64,000 nucleotides of DNA from Fibrobacter sp. (GCA_017526585.1 JAFXRC010000072.1:6736-70735), one strand, 5' to 3'. Numbered from the stretch's first letter, positions 19,587 to 30,139 are shown. Notes: generated by a model not told the origin, from the letters alone. A program made the numbers and translations.

Positions 19587-20699
19587 TTACATCCAGCTGC
19601 GTTCAGACGTACCAGAAATACCACGAATTTTAAGATCGAAGTCATCGGGGTTCGTCGCTGCAGCCATAGCCGTTTCCAGGGAAATCTGATCGCTTTCGTA
19701 AAGGGCAAGCAAGGCCTGGTCAAACGTCTGGCTATGGTACTGCATGTGGCCTTCGGCAATGGCCTGTTCAATCAGGTCATTCTTGTCCTTGTCTTCGATG
19801 TATTCCTGAATGGCAGCCGTATTCACTAGAATTTCGGCAGCCGGCACACGGCCCTTGCCATCCTTGGTGGGCAAAAGACGCAGGGAAATAATACCTGCAA
19901 GAACTTCAGAGAGCAGCAAACGGATTTCGTCATGCTGGTGCGGCGGATACATCGAGAGCACACGGTGAATCGTTTCAGTCGCATTCGTCGTATGGATTGT
20001 CGCAAACACCATGTGACCCGTATCGGCAGCGGTCATTGCAATCTGCATCGTTTCAAGGTCACGGATTTCGCCCACCAGAAGCACATCCGGATCCTGACGG
20101 AGCGCTGCACGGAGAGCGTTCGCATAAGAAAGCGTATCCACGCCAATTTCACGCTGCGAAATAATCGACTTATTATCACGATAAAGGTATTCGATAGGGT
20201 CCTCAACCGTAATGATATTAACCGCTTCGTTCTGGTTAATATAGTCGAGCATCGCCGCAAGAGTCGTCGACTTACCGGAACCCGTCGTTCCCGTCACGAG
20301 CACAAGACCGCGCTTGGTAAGGGACATTTCGCGAATCACGTCGGGCAAATGCAAATCTTCAAACGCAGGAATTTTCGCCTTGATGTGACGAATCACCACC
20401 GCAATCGTTCCACGCTGACGGAAAACGTTCACACGGAAACGACCCATATCGCGGGCGCCAACAGCAAAGTCACATTCCTTGTTCGCTTCAAAGCGCTGCT
20501 TCTGGTCGCGGTTCATGATATCATCCAAGAAGGAATCCATCATCAAAGCATCTACACGAATATCGAAGGGGCGCTGCAAGGCACCGTTGATACGATAAAC
20601 AGGAGGAACGCCCACACGCAAGTGCATATCGGATGCACCGCGATTTACCATTTCGCGAAGCAGCTTTTCAATGCGGAGCTGCGGTTGCTGATCAGCCAT
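19587..20699 (-). CDS. Type IV pilus retraction ATPase (PilT/PilU family)
   Basis: GTTGSGKST, EDPIE, LRQDPD..VGEIRD and HTTNA motifs; the AIRNLIRE motif is replaced by AIQEYIED. Confidence 0.93.
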   Translation of the reverse strand: MADQQPQLRIEKLLREMVNRGASDMHLRVGVPPVYRINGALQRPFDIRVDALMMDSFLDDIMNRDQKQRFEANKECDFAVGARDMGRFRVNVFRQRGTIAVVIRHIKAKIPAFEDLHLPDVIREMSLTKRGLVLVTGTTGSGKSTTLAAMLDYINQNEAVNIITVEDPIEYLYRDNKSIISQREIGVDTLSYANALRAALRQDPDVLLVGEIRDLETMQIAMTAADTGHMVFATIHTTNATETIHRVLSMYPPHQHDEIRLLLSEVLAGIISLRLLPTKDGKGRVPAAEILVNTAAIQEYIEDKDKNDLIEQAIAEGHMQYHSQTFDQALLALYESDQISLETAMAAATNPDDFDLKIRGISGTSERSWM

Positions 20700-23437
20700 T
20701 AAGCTTCACCCCCAAACTTATCGTTGTAAAGTTTTTCCACTTCGGCAAGGCGTTTTGCGATTTCTTCGTTTTCAGGTTCCTTCTGAGCGAGGTCCTTGTA
20801 GATTTCAAGAGCCTTGGCATAAAGACCCTGGTCAAAATAGATTTCAGCCAGAGTGCGAGTATTCAGGCTTTCATCCAAATCGGTAGCACCGCGATCAAGA
20901 GGTGCATCAGGATTGTTGATGAGACCGGCAGAGATTTCATCATCGGAATCCCCCGACATCAAGAAATCGACACCCTTGTTAGACGGCTTGCTCTCTTCGG
21001 AGAGGGAATCGTCGTCCATATCGAAAAGACCCTTGAACGCACCCGAAACCTCGGATTCCAAGGAATCGAGATCCGATGCAGGTTCTTCTGCAGCCGGAGC
21101 CGGTTCAGGTTCCGGAGCGGCAACAGATTCCGCCGGAGCTTCTTCGGAAGGCAATTCCAAATCATCGTCTTTTCCGAACAAACTATCAAAGGAATCGTCG
21201 AGATCCTTGGAAAGTTCATCTTCTTCGACCTTAGCGGGAGCTTCTTCTGCAGCCGGAGCTTCAAGCGCGACTTCTTCAGACTCTGCCGTCTGCGCCGGAG
21301 TTTCGGGCAAGTCGAGATCATCGTCTACATTGCCAAACATCGAAGCAAAGGCGCCGCCCATTTCCTTAGCAAGGTCAGAAGTCTCGGTCTTCGTTTCTGG
21401 GAGTTCCAGTTCTTCTTCAGCCTGGTTCACCTGATCTGCAAGAGAAACGTTTTCTTCTGCGGTTTCTGCAGGGGCAGCACTTTCCAATTCCTCGGCAGGC
21501 TTTTCTTCGGGAAGGTCATCTTCGGAACCGAACAAGGAATCGAAGGCGCTATCAACGCTGAAGGCATTGTCTGCAGCGGAAGCAGCAGCTTCGGGAGCGG
21601 GTTCCTCAGCAGGAGTTTCTTCGGCAGCTTCAACAGCCGGCAGTTCTTCAATTTCAGCAGGGACAGTCAAATCTGCAACAGGTTCTTCTGCCGGTGCGAT
21701 AGTTTCTTCTGCCGGCGCAACAGATTCTTCGGGAAGTTCCAGCGATTCAAGTTCGTTCTCTTCTGCAGAGACCGTTTCGCTTTCAGCCGCAGCTTCTTCA
21801 GAAGGTGCAGCCAAATCTTCTTCACCAAAGATCGAATCAAATGCATTGTCGACACTCGTCGAAATATCATCCGCAGGAGCAGACTCAGCCGGCTTATCTT
21901 CTTCGACGAGATTCATGTCCGCATCGGCAGACTTTTCAAAGAGTCCGCCCTCTTCGGCAGGCATTTCCAAGTCATCGATTGAACCCAGCGAGAGGTCTTC
22001 GGCAGCAGGTTCTGCCGGAGCAAGTTCTTCTTCAGCAGGGAGAGAAAGATCCTCTGCGGAATCAAGCGAAACATCCTCTACTGCCGGTTCAACTAAGTCG
22101 GCGGCAGGTTCGGCAAAGTCAGTGGCACTCTCAGCAGGGGCAAGCTCTTCGGCAGGTTCAACATTCTGCGGTTTTTCTTCGGGAAGTTCGTCTTCGCCAA
22201 AGATATCGCCAAAGGCATCATCGATGCTCTGCGGCTTGTCAGCTGCGGGAGCTTCCGGTGCAGCCGTATCAAATGCAGCGGACTTTTCAAACAAGCCACC
22301 TTCTTCGGAAGGCTCATCGATACCAGACGGCAGGCTTTCAGCAGAGGCGTCCTCGGTAGCAGGAGCTGTCTGCGGAAGTTCTTCGGGAAGTTCGTCTTCG
22401 CCAAAGATATCGCCAAAGGCGTCATCGATGCTCTGCGGCTTGTCTTCTGCAGGAGCCGGTGAGCTAAATACAGATTCTGCGTTGGACTGCGCATTCTCGT
22501 CGATGCTAGCCGGAATATCCTGAGGGAGAGAAGCAGCCGAGAACGGGCTTGCATTAGCTTCTGTAGACTCTTCCGGTTCCAGATCGTCTTCCAAGCCGAA
22601 CATGTCGGAAAGAGCCGAGCCGACATCGCTTCCAGAAATATTTTCTTCTTCGCCGAACTCTTCCACCGGTGCATCGATTGGAGATTCGCTGTTAATCTCA
22701 TCCATCGCAGAATCAAGCGATGCAGACAGGTCGTCCATTGCCGAGTCGTCTGCGGAGTCCCCATTGGGAAGCATCGCAGCGAGAGAGGCAAACGGGTCAT
22801 CCTGGTCCGCCGAGGCTTCTTCGGTAAGAGCAGCAAAGTCGTCATCCGCTGCGACATCAAACGAACCTTCGGCGCTCGTAGCGGCTTCCACCGGCTGATC
22901 CGTAGCGGAATCAAACGAAATATCCTGCGGAGCTGCCTGGTCATTTTCGCCAAGGCTAAAGTCCATATCCGAGGTGCTGTCGGAGAACGAAAGACCCGCA
23001 TCCAAAGCAGCGGCAGTGGCGGCTGCAGCCGGCACATCCAGAACGACATCATATTCGTCTTTCCAGAAGGTGTTCAGCGGATCCATATCGTGAAGACGAC
23101 GGTAGCAACGGTTGCGTTCTGCTTCGTTACCCAGCTTGTCATAGGCATCGCCCATGATGCGCTGTGCGGCGAGGTTGAACGGATCCATCACAAGAATTTT
23201 TTCACATTCCTGCACACAAGGTTCATAAGCCTCTTGTTGCATCAGAATCTTGGAACGGACCAGCCTTGCTGCAATATCGTTCGGATAAAGCGTGAGGCCA
23301 CCGTCAACCCTCTGAAGGGCTGCATCCAAGTTTCCCGCTTCGCGTTCAAGATCGGCTAACCAGGCAAAAACCATGGAATTGGCGTTTTTCTTGCCTACGG
23401 ATTTTTTGAGAGAATCCAATGTTACCGGCATATTCAC
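20699..23437 (-). CDS. TPR protein with a long acidic repeat linker and a C-terminal TPR (FimV-like architecture)
   Basis: N-terminal TPRs, about 700 aa of D/E/A/P-rich sequence, and TRTLAEIYFDQGLYAKALEIY at the C-terminus. Confidence 0.8.
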   Translation of the reverse strand: MNMPVTLDSLKKSVGKKNANSMVFAWLADLEREAGNLDAALQRVDGGLTLYPNDIAARLVRSKILMQQEAYEPCVQECEKILVMDPFNLAAQRIMGDAYDKLGNEAERNRCYRRLHDMDPLNTFWKDEYDVVLDVPAAAATAAALDAGLSFSDSTSDMDFSLGENDQAAPQDISFDSATDQPVEAATSAEGSFDVAADDDFAALTEEASADQDDPFASLAAMLPNGDSADDSAMDDLSASLDSAMDEINSESPIDAPVEEFGEEENISGSDVGSALSDMFGLEDDLEPEESTEANASPFSAASLPQDIPASIDENAQSNAESVFSSPAPAEDKPQSIDDAFGDIFGEDELPEELPQTAPATEDASAESLPSGIDEPSEEGGLFEKSAAFDTAAPEAPAADKPQSIDDAFGDIFGEDELPEEKPQNVEPAEELAPAESATDFAEPAADLVEPAVEDVSLDSAEDLSLPAEEELAPAEPAAEDLSLGSIDDLEMPAEEGGLFEKSADADMNLVEEDKPAESAPADDISTSVDNAFDSIFGEEDLAAPSEEAAAESETVSAEENELESLELPEESVAPAEETIAPAEEPVADLTVPAEIEELPAVEAAEETPAEEPAPEAAASAADNAFSVDSAFDSLFGSEDDLPEEKPAEELESAAPAETAEENVSLADQVNQAEEELELPETKTETSDLAKEMGGAFASMFGNVDDDLDLPETPAQTAESEEVALEAPAAEEAPAKVEEDELSKDLDDSFDSLFGKDDDLELPSEEAPAESVAAPEPEPAPAAEEPASDLDSLESEVSGAFKGLFDMDDDSLSEESKPSNKGVDFLMSGDSDDEISAGLINNPDAPLDRGATDLDESLNTRTLAEIYFDQGLYAKALEIYKDLAQKEPENEEIAKRLAEVEKLYNDKFGGEA
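22175..22444. repeat. 66-bp intragenic direct repeat (22175-22240 and 22379-22444)
   Basis: Both copies encode DKPQSIDDAFGDIFGEDELPEE; one mismatch by eye. Confidence 0.9.
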
Positions 23438-23440
23438 CTC

Positions 23441-23686
23441 TTAAAGCAAAATGGCTTCGTCCGCCAAAAGTACAGGAATACCTTCGCGGACCGGATACAC
23501 CCTAGAACCGTCTTCAGTGGTCAACGCCTCGGTCAGGGGTTCGGAAACTTTTTCACCGGCAACATTCTTGGCAGTACCGGCAGCAATAGCGTTATTCACC
23601 TTGGCGACGACCTCGTCGGACGCCAATTTAAGCTTTCCCCTTGTTTCGGGGCAACAAAGAATATCCAAAAGAGTTGTATCGAACAT
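23441..23686 (-). CDS. Trm112-like (YcaR/UPF0434) protein
   Basis: LLDILCCP...YPVREGIPVLL. Confidence 0.88.
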   Translation of the reverse strand: MFDTTLLDILCCPETRGKLKLASDEVVAKVNNAIAAGTAKNVAGEKVSEPLTEALTTEDGSRVYPVREGIPVLLADEAILL

Positions 23687-23768
23687 AAAACCTTAATAAT
23701 CAAATACTTACACAAAAAATAACTCATTTTTGTGCAATGTGTAAACAATTCGTTGGAAATTGCCGTTT

Positions 23769-25352
23769 TTAGTGCAAATATTTCAAGTTTACGAGAGCAA
23801 AATTGCCCTCTGCCGCGTTGCCAATCAGCAAAAACACGCGCAAACCGAGACTGTCCAGCCAGTTGATATCGAACGATTCACGGTATCCCGAAAAATTGGA
23901 GACCACCAGGAGCTCGCGACAACCCGTCCGGTTGCAAATAGACTGCATCTCGGAGACATTTCCCAGCAGATGCTGACGGTTCTCTTCGGAAATTTTTTCG
24001 GGTTCAGAGCTCACACAACCGAGGATTTCGATACCAGGAATCACATTATAGCGGTCGAACCAGCCGTTCAGGGAATCTTCCGAACCGCCAAGCAGAATGG
24101 AGCGGTGGCGCTTCTTGGCAAAGATGCGATAAAAATAATTTATCCAAAATGCGATACGACGCCAAGCCATCAGCAATGCAACTACCAGGATACCAGTTGC
24201 AAACAAGCCGTAGTGCGGAACGGGAGCAGATCCCTTATCGTAAACGAAGGCTCCAACACTTGCAACAATATTTAAGCCCAAGAGCAGCTTGATAAACTTG
24301 AAGCCGTTCAAGCCAGCGTTACCATACTCCCCTTTCAGAGCGAGTGCACCCACATTGATCACGGCAAAGACACCAAGCCATTTCCAGTCGACAAAGTCCG
24401 TATTCCACGCCGACTGCCCCGCCGGAAGCATGCAATAAGAAAGAGTCAGAAGAGTCGACAAGGCGACCGCCGCCACATCCAGGAAAATTTTCCAGAAGCG
24501 CGGAATAAGCCTAGAGAACATGCCCACAAACGCCGCAAAGACAATACCGAACGTCACCAAGAAAATCGGAATCCAATACTGGTCCTTATGCTTTTTCACA
24601 TAAAGGATCATCGCCTTGTAAAAGTCAACATACGAACCGAAACGACGCGTGCGGCAGCTCTGTCCCTTGAAATGCAATATATTGGTCGAGGGCGTGTAGT
24701 AATTCTTGAAGCCTGCCGCCTTGGTCCTGAAACACAAATCCAGGTCCTCGCCGTACATGAAGAAGTCCTCGTCGAAACCGCCCAGCTTTTCGTAGAGGTC
24801 GCGACGGATGCAGAAGAACGAGCCACTGATGGCATCGACTTCGGTCATTTCGTCGGGATCGGCATAGGTCATGTTGTAGCTTGCAAGCAGCTTGCTCTTC
24901 GGGAAAAGCGAAGCAAGACCTATCGTCTTAGAAATGGCGGATATCGGCGTCGGGAAGGAGCGACGGCATGCCCACTGGATAGAACCATCTTCGTTCAAAA
25001 TACGACAGCCGACCGTTCCTGATTCGGGGTGTTCTTCCATGAAGTCGAGCACCTTGGTAAACGAATCGCGGGAAACAACCGTATCGGGGTTGATAAAGAA
25101 CAGGTAGGGTTTGGTCGCCTGTTTTTCCGCGAGATTGCAACCCTTACCGAATCCAAGATTCACCTTGGAATCGATCCACTGCACCTCCGGGAAGAAAGCC
25201 TTGATTTCGGGGAGAATCGGCGATTCCGAACCATTGTCCAGCACAATCACCTGTGCATCCACATTTTCGCACGCATCACGAATGGACTTTAGGCATGCGG
25301 GGATAAAGTCACAAGAATTATAAGCAACGATAATGATGGAGCAGGAATACAT
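23769..25352 (-). CDS. GT2 glycosyltransferase (WbbL-like) fused to TM helices and a CoA-binding-like domain
   Basis: IVAYNS, NLGFGKGCN, INPD and GGFDEDFFMYGEDLDLC motifs. Confidence 0.88.
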   Translation of the reverse strand: MYSCSIIIVAYNSCDFIPACLKSIRDACENVDAQVIVLDNGSESPILPEIKAFFPEVQWIDSKVNLGFGKGCNLAEKQATKPYLFFINPDTVVSRDSFTKVLDFMEEHPESGTVGCRILNEDGSIQWACRRSFPTPISAISKTIGLASLFPKSKLLASYNMTYADPDEMTEVDAISGSFFCIRRDLYEKLGGFDEDFFMYGEDLDLCFRTKAAGFKNYYTPSTNILHFKGQSCRTRRFGSYVDFYKAMILYVKKHKDQYWIPIFLVTFGIVFAAFVGMFSRLIPRFWKIFLDVAAVALSTLLTLSYCMLPAGQSAWNTDFVDWKWLGVFAVINVGALALKGEYGNAGLNGFKFIKLLLGLNIVASVGAFVYDKGSAPVPHYGLFATGILVVALLMAWRRIAFWINYFYRIFAKKRHRSILLGGSEDSLNGWFDRYNVIPGIEILGCVSSEPEKISEENRQHLLGNVSEMQSICNRTGCRELLVVSNFSGYRESFDINWLDSLGLRVFLLIGNAAEGNFALVNLKYLH

Positions 25353-25357
25353 GAGCG

Positions 25358-26071
25358 CTATGCAAGACCCAGTCTGAGTTTAAGCACCAAGAAGAACGCT
25401 TCTGAAATAATTCCCCCACTCATCTTGGATGTGCCACGAGTGCGATCGGTGAAGATGATGGGAATTTCCTTGACGCGCAGTCCCTTTTTCCAGATTTTGA
25501 AGGTCGTCTCAATCTGGAAGCAATAACCGTCGCTCTTCATCTTGTCGAGGTTCAACGCCTGCAAAGCTTCGCGGCGGAAGCACTTGAAGCCTCCCGTCGC
25601 ATCGCTAATCGGGAGCCCCGTCACAATACGGGTATAGACATTCGCCCCATAGCTAAGGATAAGGCGGCGCAGGTCCCAGTTCACCACACTGATGCGGTGT
25701 GCCTGGTAGCGACTGCCGAGAACAAGATCAGCATCTTCGGCGGCTTCCAAGAAGCGATTCAAATCGGTCGGCGCATGGCTAAAGTCGGCATCCATTTCGA
25801 ACACGCGTTCATAGTCCCTTTCGAGAGCCCACTTGAAGCCAGTCACATAGGCAGAGCCGAGACCCATCTTGCCCTTGCGGCGCAACAGGTGAATACGAGG
25901 ATTCTTCTTGGTTTCCTCTTCGACCATGTCGCCCGTTCCATCGGGGCTGCCATCGTCGACCACCAAAATTTCCAGACATTCATTCTGTTCAAGAATAGCC
26001 GACATAATGAGCAGGATATTTTCCTTCTCGTTATAGGTCGGCACGATCACTAAGCTCTTCGGGTACGCCAT
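25358..26071 (-). CDS. Polyprenol-monophosphomannose synthase (Ppm1/DPM1-like GT2)
   Basis: PTYNEKEN, DDGSPDGT, GLGSAY, MDADFSH, DATGGFK and GTSKMS motifs. Confidence 0.9.
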   Translation of the reverse strand: MAYPKSLVIVPTYNEKENILLIMSAILEQNECLEILVVDDGSPDGTGDMVEEETKKNPRIHLLRRKGKMGLGSAYVTGFKWALERDYERVFEMDADFSHAPTDLNRFLEAAEDADLVLGSRYQAHRISVVNWDLRRLILSYGANVYTRIVTGLPISDATGGFKCFRREALQALNLDKMKSDGYCFQIETTFKIWKKGLRVKEIPIIFTDRTRGTSKMSGGIISEAFFLVLKLRLGLA

Positions 26072-26083
26072 AAACTAAAACTC

Positions 26084-27019
26084 CTAACCTAAATCTACAA
26101 TTTCACGAATCGATTCAGCCACAGGATAGCTCTGTTTTTTGCTGCCATTCATCATTTCGCCCAAAAGACCGAGCGAAATAAACTGCACACCCATCACAAG
26201 AGAGAATCCACCCGCCATAAGGAGAGGTCTTACATGGAGAGCCCCGGTCTGCAGCCATTCATAGCCGAAGTAGCCAGAAATACCGAAACCAATCAGCATA
26301 AAGATGAGTCCCAGAAGTCCAAAGAAATGAAGCGGCTTTGAAGAAAAGCTACGCATGAACATGAGGGACACCAAATCCAGGAATCCCGACACCAGTCGCG
26401 ACACCCCATACTTGGAAACGCCATGGATGCGGGCGCGGTGCGCCACCGGCATTTCGGTAATACGGAATCCCTGCCACTTCGCCATCACTGGGATAAAGCG
26501 GTGATAGTCGCCATACAGGTGAATGAAGCGCACCACGGAACTGCGGTATGCCTTGATGCCACAGTTGAAGTCGTGCAGACGCTGACCGCACACGATTGAA
26601 ACTGTCAAGTTGAACAACTTGGAAGGCCAGGTCTTGTGCCACGGATCCAATCGGCGGATTTTCCAACCAGAAACCAGGTCGTAGCCGTCTTCGAGGATCT
26701 TGATCATCTTCGGGATTTCAAGCGGATCATCCTGCAAGTCACCATCCAAGGTTGCCACATAGCGGCCACGAGCCTTGGAGAAACCAAATGCAAGTCCAGC
26801 CGCCTTCCCACAGTTGAACTGGAAACGGAAGGCACGAACAAAAGAATACTCCTTGGAAAGCCCTTCGATAACCTCCCAAGTGCTATCGCGGCTGCCATCA
26901 TCGATGACGATGACTTCGAACGAATAGCCCGTAGGTTCAATGGCAGCGACAATTTCCTTAAAAAGTTCAGGAAGGTTCTCGCTTTCTTCCTTGACCGGAA
27001 TGACAAGACTCAAATCCAT
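26084..27019 (-). CDS. GT2 polyprenol-phosphate glycosyltransferase (ArnC/GtrB-like)
   Basis: DGDLQDDP, HDFNCGIKAY and HRFIP motifs; two C-terminal TM helices. Confidence 0.9.
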   Translation of the reverse strand: MDLSLVIPVKEESENLPELFKEIVAAIEPTGYSFEVIVIDDGSRDSTWEVIEGLSKEYSFVRAFRFQFNCGKAAGLAFGFSKARGRYVATLDGDLQDDPLEIPKMIKILEDGYDLVSGWKIRRLDPWHKTWPSKLFNLTVSIVCGQRLHDFNCGIKAYRSSVVRFIHLYGDYHRFIPVMAKWQGFRITEMPVAHRARIHGVSKYGVSRLVSGFLDLVSLMFMRSFSSKPLHFFGLLGLIFMLIGFGISGYFGYEWLQTGALHVRPLLMAGGFSLVMGVQFISLGLLGEMMNGSKKQSYPVAESIREIVDLG

Positions 27020-27048
27020 GAATATCCTCGTACCTTAATCAAGCGCAA

Positions 27049-30000
27049 TTATTGTGCAGCAGCAACGACTGCAGGTTCCTTTGCAGAATCCTTCTCAGCG
27101 GAATCAGCCGGTTCGGCGGGAGCAGGTTCTTCAACCTTCAGGGGTTCGTCGGACATCTGTTCAATCTGACGACCACTCATCAAGAGACGAGCCCTTCCAC
27201 CATCTTCGTAAGCAGGCACATTTTCGAGACCGCGGTTCAGCACATCCTGAGCCTTAGCCTTCTCGCCCGCAGCTTCGTAGACAAAGGCTGCCGCCCAGTA
27301 GTTACGCCATTCCGACGGGAACTGCTTCATACCCATTTCGAGGTACTTTGCCGCAGCGGTCGCAAGGCTATCCACTTGAGCCTTCTTGTCGGCAGTAAAC
27401 GGATGGCTATTGCGGAGAGCCGAAATTTTGTCACGAGCATCGAAGGAAATCTGCAGGTAGAGCGACACGTAGCCCGAAAGCAGGCGTTCGGTTTCGCTGT
27501 TGATGTAAGCGGTACCATCACCAAGACCACGGAACTTGAACACGGAATCAATGAGGTTTGCCGTGTAAGCGGCGTCGAAGGCGTTACGCTTCGGCGTAAG
27601 GTCACCCTTCACCAAGTTGTAGACCATGCCTTCCTGCACCATGTACTTTTCAAGGCCCATGAAGTTCGAGGTACCGACGGTCGTCGAGATTTCAATCGGC
27701 TTGTCCATGTTCTGGAGCGCAAGGTCGATTACGAGCTTATGCTGCGTGAGCATCATGCTGCTACGGGTACGTGCCGCCCATTCGGTAAAGGCGTCCCACA
27801 CCTGGTAGTGAACCTTGAACTGCAAGAGCTTTGCGGAATCGGCGGCAGAAAGCTGCTGACCTTCCATGGCGTCGATACGGTTCTTGAGCTGCGGCATCAG
27901 GCGCTGAGCATTCTTCACCCAGGTAGACACCTGATGGTTCGGGTTAGAAGCAGAGCTATTGTCGAGCACCATGTCGCGATCGATGGCAGCCTTGTCATAG
28001 CTGAGCTTGAGAATCGGCTCATTGTCGAGCATCTGCTTGATATACCAGTCGGTATTGCCAAGCGAAAGGTTCACCACGCGAACGTCCTTACGGACTCCCG
28101 CGACTTCCTGAGCAAACCACAACGGGAAGGTATCGTTGTCGCCGTTCGTAAAGAGGATTGCATTCGGACGGCAGCTATTCAGCAGATTGAACGCGTAATC
28201 CCAAGGAACCCAGAGGCCGGAACGATCATGTTCCTTGTAGTTGGAAACGCAGGGCACCAGGAACGAAACGGCAACCAGGAGAGCAGCCACCGGGTTTGCA
28301 AAGGCGGCAAACGAAGAGGTGGCGCAAAGGAACACCAAGATACCAGCTCCGATACCATAGATCATGCTCATGAAAATGAATGCCGGAGTATAGAAGTAGT
28401 CACGTTCACGGACTTCCAGATGCACTGCATCGGGGAACGGAGCGCGGCTACCCACCTGGGCAAATCCGTTTTCAATCTTCTGCCAGTTCTGCCACACCGT
28501 GGAATTCATATAGCCGTCGAGTTCGCGCTGGAGGTCGGCAAGGCGGGCATCATTGGCGCCACGAGCCTTGAGCGTTTCCATGCGAATCTTGGTGTGCTCA
28601 ATGTTCTGACGCATGTCGATAAGATCGTTCGGATCCGGGAGCGCCGTGATACCCATACCGCGAGCATTCAGGTCAGAAACATTGCGGTTCATCACAGACA
28701 CCCAATAGTCATGTTCGCGCTGTTCCATGCGGGTGCCATCGGCGAAGTTGATATAGAACAGAAGTCCAAGAGAGCAGAGCGTGTACAGCGCAGAAACAAA
28801 CACACCTACATGACGGTTACGCTTCCAGACGAAGACACAAGCCATCACCAGAAGACCGTTAAAGAGCAGGAACATCATGAACTGCGGGAGCGTTGCATCG
28901 CCCATGAAGCTCATCTGGGTCGGGAACTTGATGCCAAAGCGTTCCACTGGCTGGTTGTCGTTTGCATCAAAGGTGTAGACACCGTTTGCGTAATTGACAT
29001 CGCCCACCTTGTACGGCAGGTACTGAGCCATCTGGTATCCACCGTAGCCCATGTGCGGGAACGAGAGGAACTGGTGGCTAATGCGGGAACGGCGGTAGAA
29101 GGCACGGCTGATCATGCTTTCGGAGCCGTACTGCTTACGTTCGATGAAGTTATTGAAGGCGACCCAGTTTTCGTCCTTGAACAGGTTACCGAGCTGGAGG
29201 TTGCCCTGTTCATCGCGAATGTTGATTTCAGGATCGTTTTCGTCGATAATCGGGTTCAGTTCCGAACGAATCGGAATATAGAGGTGAGTGCTGTAACCGA
29301 TCAAAGCGAAGAACGCAAAAGCAAGCGACAAACGCATGCTGCGCTGAACGCCCGTATTCTTGATAGGCTTCACCAGGCAAAGGATCGAAAGCGCAATCAA
29401 GCAAACGAAAGAAATCTCGATAAATGCCGACACCATGTAAATCACGGAGCAAAGGAGCGTACCCGTAATCCAGATCGGAATGCGTTCCACGATTTTCTTG
29501 GGTTCGGCAACAAGGAGAAGAGCGAACACGGCAGGAACCGTGAGCATCGTGTAAAGGTGAGCGCCCACGCCAAGGAAGGCGATATAGCAAATAAAGATGA
29601 GGATGCGGTCGCTATAAGCCTCGTTGCGCTTGTTGTACCAAACGAGACCGAGGTAAGACACCAGCATCAGGATGAACATAGCGATGCCGTAAACTTCGGC
29701 TTCGACAGCATTGAACCAGAAGGTATCGGAGAAGGTCAGAAGGAAACCAGCAACAAGAGCTGCAGTGCCAAGCACAGCCGTACGGACCTTACCGGTAATC
29801 TTTTCAGCCAAGGCATCAGTCTTGAGCACAGTTGCGAGGAGTTCCCAGGCAAACAGCGCCGTCACATAGACCGTCGCCGCAGAACTCACCACCGAGATGT
29901 AGTTCACGCGCTTAGCAATTTCACCCACGAACGGGAGCAGCACGATGACTGCGCGGGCAAGGAACACGAAGAAGGGCGTTCCAGGAGGATGCGGAATGCC

Positions 30001-30138
30001 AAGCGTGTTGGCGCAGGCGACAAACTCACCGCAGTCCCAGAAGGATACTGTCGGAGCCATCGTCATGACATACACGATCAGTGCCACCAGGCAGGTGATT
30101 CCGGCAAAAATATGCTTCATCCATTTTTCTTTGAGCAT
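27049..30138 (-). CDS. DUF2723 / TMEM260-like multi-TM GT-C glycosyltransferase
   Basis: SFWDCGEF, HPPGTP, AVEAEVY, RERDYF and GDNDTFPLW motifs; C-terminal TPR-like region. Confidence 0.88.
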   Translation of the reverse strand: MLKEKWMKHIFAGITCLVALIVYVMTMAPTVSFWDCGEFVACANTLGIPHPPGTPFFVFLARAVIVLLPFVGEIAKRVNYISVVSSAATVYVTALFAWELLATVLKTDALAEKITGKVRTAVLGTAALVAGFLLTFSDTFWFNAVEAEVYGIAMFILMLVSYLGLVWYNKRNEAYSDRILIFICYIAFLGVGAHLYTMLTVPAVFALLLVAEPKKIVERIPIWITGTLLCSVIYMVSAFIEISFVCLIALSILCLVKPIKNTGVQRSMRLSLAFAFFALIGYSTHLYIPIRSELNPIIDENDPEINIRDEQGNLQLGNLFKDENWVAFNNFIERKQYGSESMISRAFYRRSRISHQFLSFPHMGYGGYQMAQYLPYKVGDVNYANGVYTFDANDNQPVERFGIKFPTQMSFMGDATLPQFMMFLLFNGLLVMACVFVWKRNRHVGVFVSALYTLCSLGLLFYINFADGTRMEQREHDYWVSVMNRNVSDLNARGMGITALPDPNDLIDMRQNIEHTKIRMETLKARGANDARLADLQRELDGYMNSTVWQNWQKIENGFAQVGSRAPFPDAVHLEVRERDYFYTPAFIFMSMIYGIGAGILVFLCATSSFAAFANPVAALLVAVSFLVPCVSNYKEHDRSGLWVPWDYAFNLLNSCRPNAILFTNGDNDTFPLWFAQEVAGVRKDVRVVNLSLGNTDWYIKQMLDNEPILKLSYDKAAIDRDMVLDNSSASNPNHQVSTWVKNAQRLMPQLKNRIDAMEGQQLSAADSAKLLQFKVHYQVWDAFTEWAARTRSSMMLTQHKLVIDLALQNMDKPIEISTTVGTSNFMGLEKYMVQEGMVYNLVKGDLTPKRNAFDAAYTANLIDSVFKFRGLGDGTAYINSETERLLSGYVSLYLQISFDARDKISALRNSHPFTADKKAQVDSLATAAAKYLEMGMKQFPSEWRNYWAAAFVYEAAGEKAKAQDVLNRGLENVPAYEDGGRARLLMSGRQIEQMSDEPLKVEEPAPAEPADSAEKDSAKEPAVVAAAQ

Positions 30139-30139
30139 C

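Noticed and set aside
20699-23437. CRISPR-like repeat array
   Set aside because: The repeats are in-frame protein motifs with irregular spacing, and no cas genes are present
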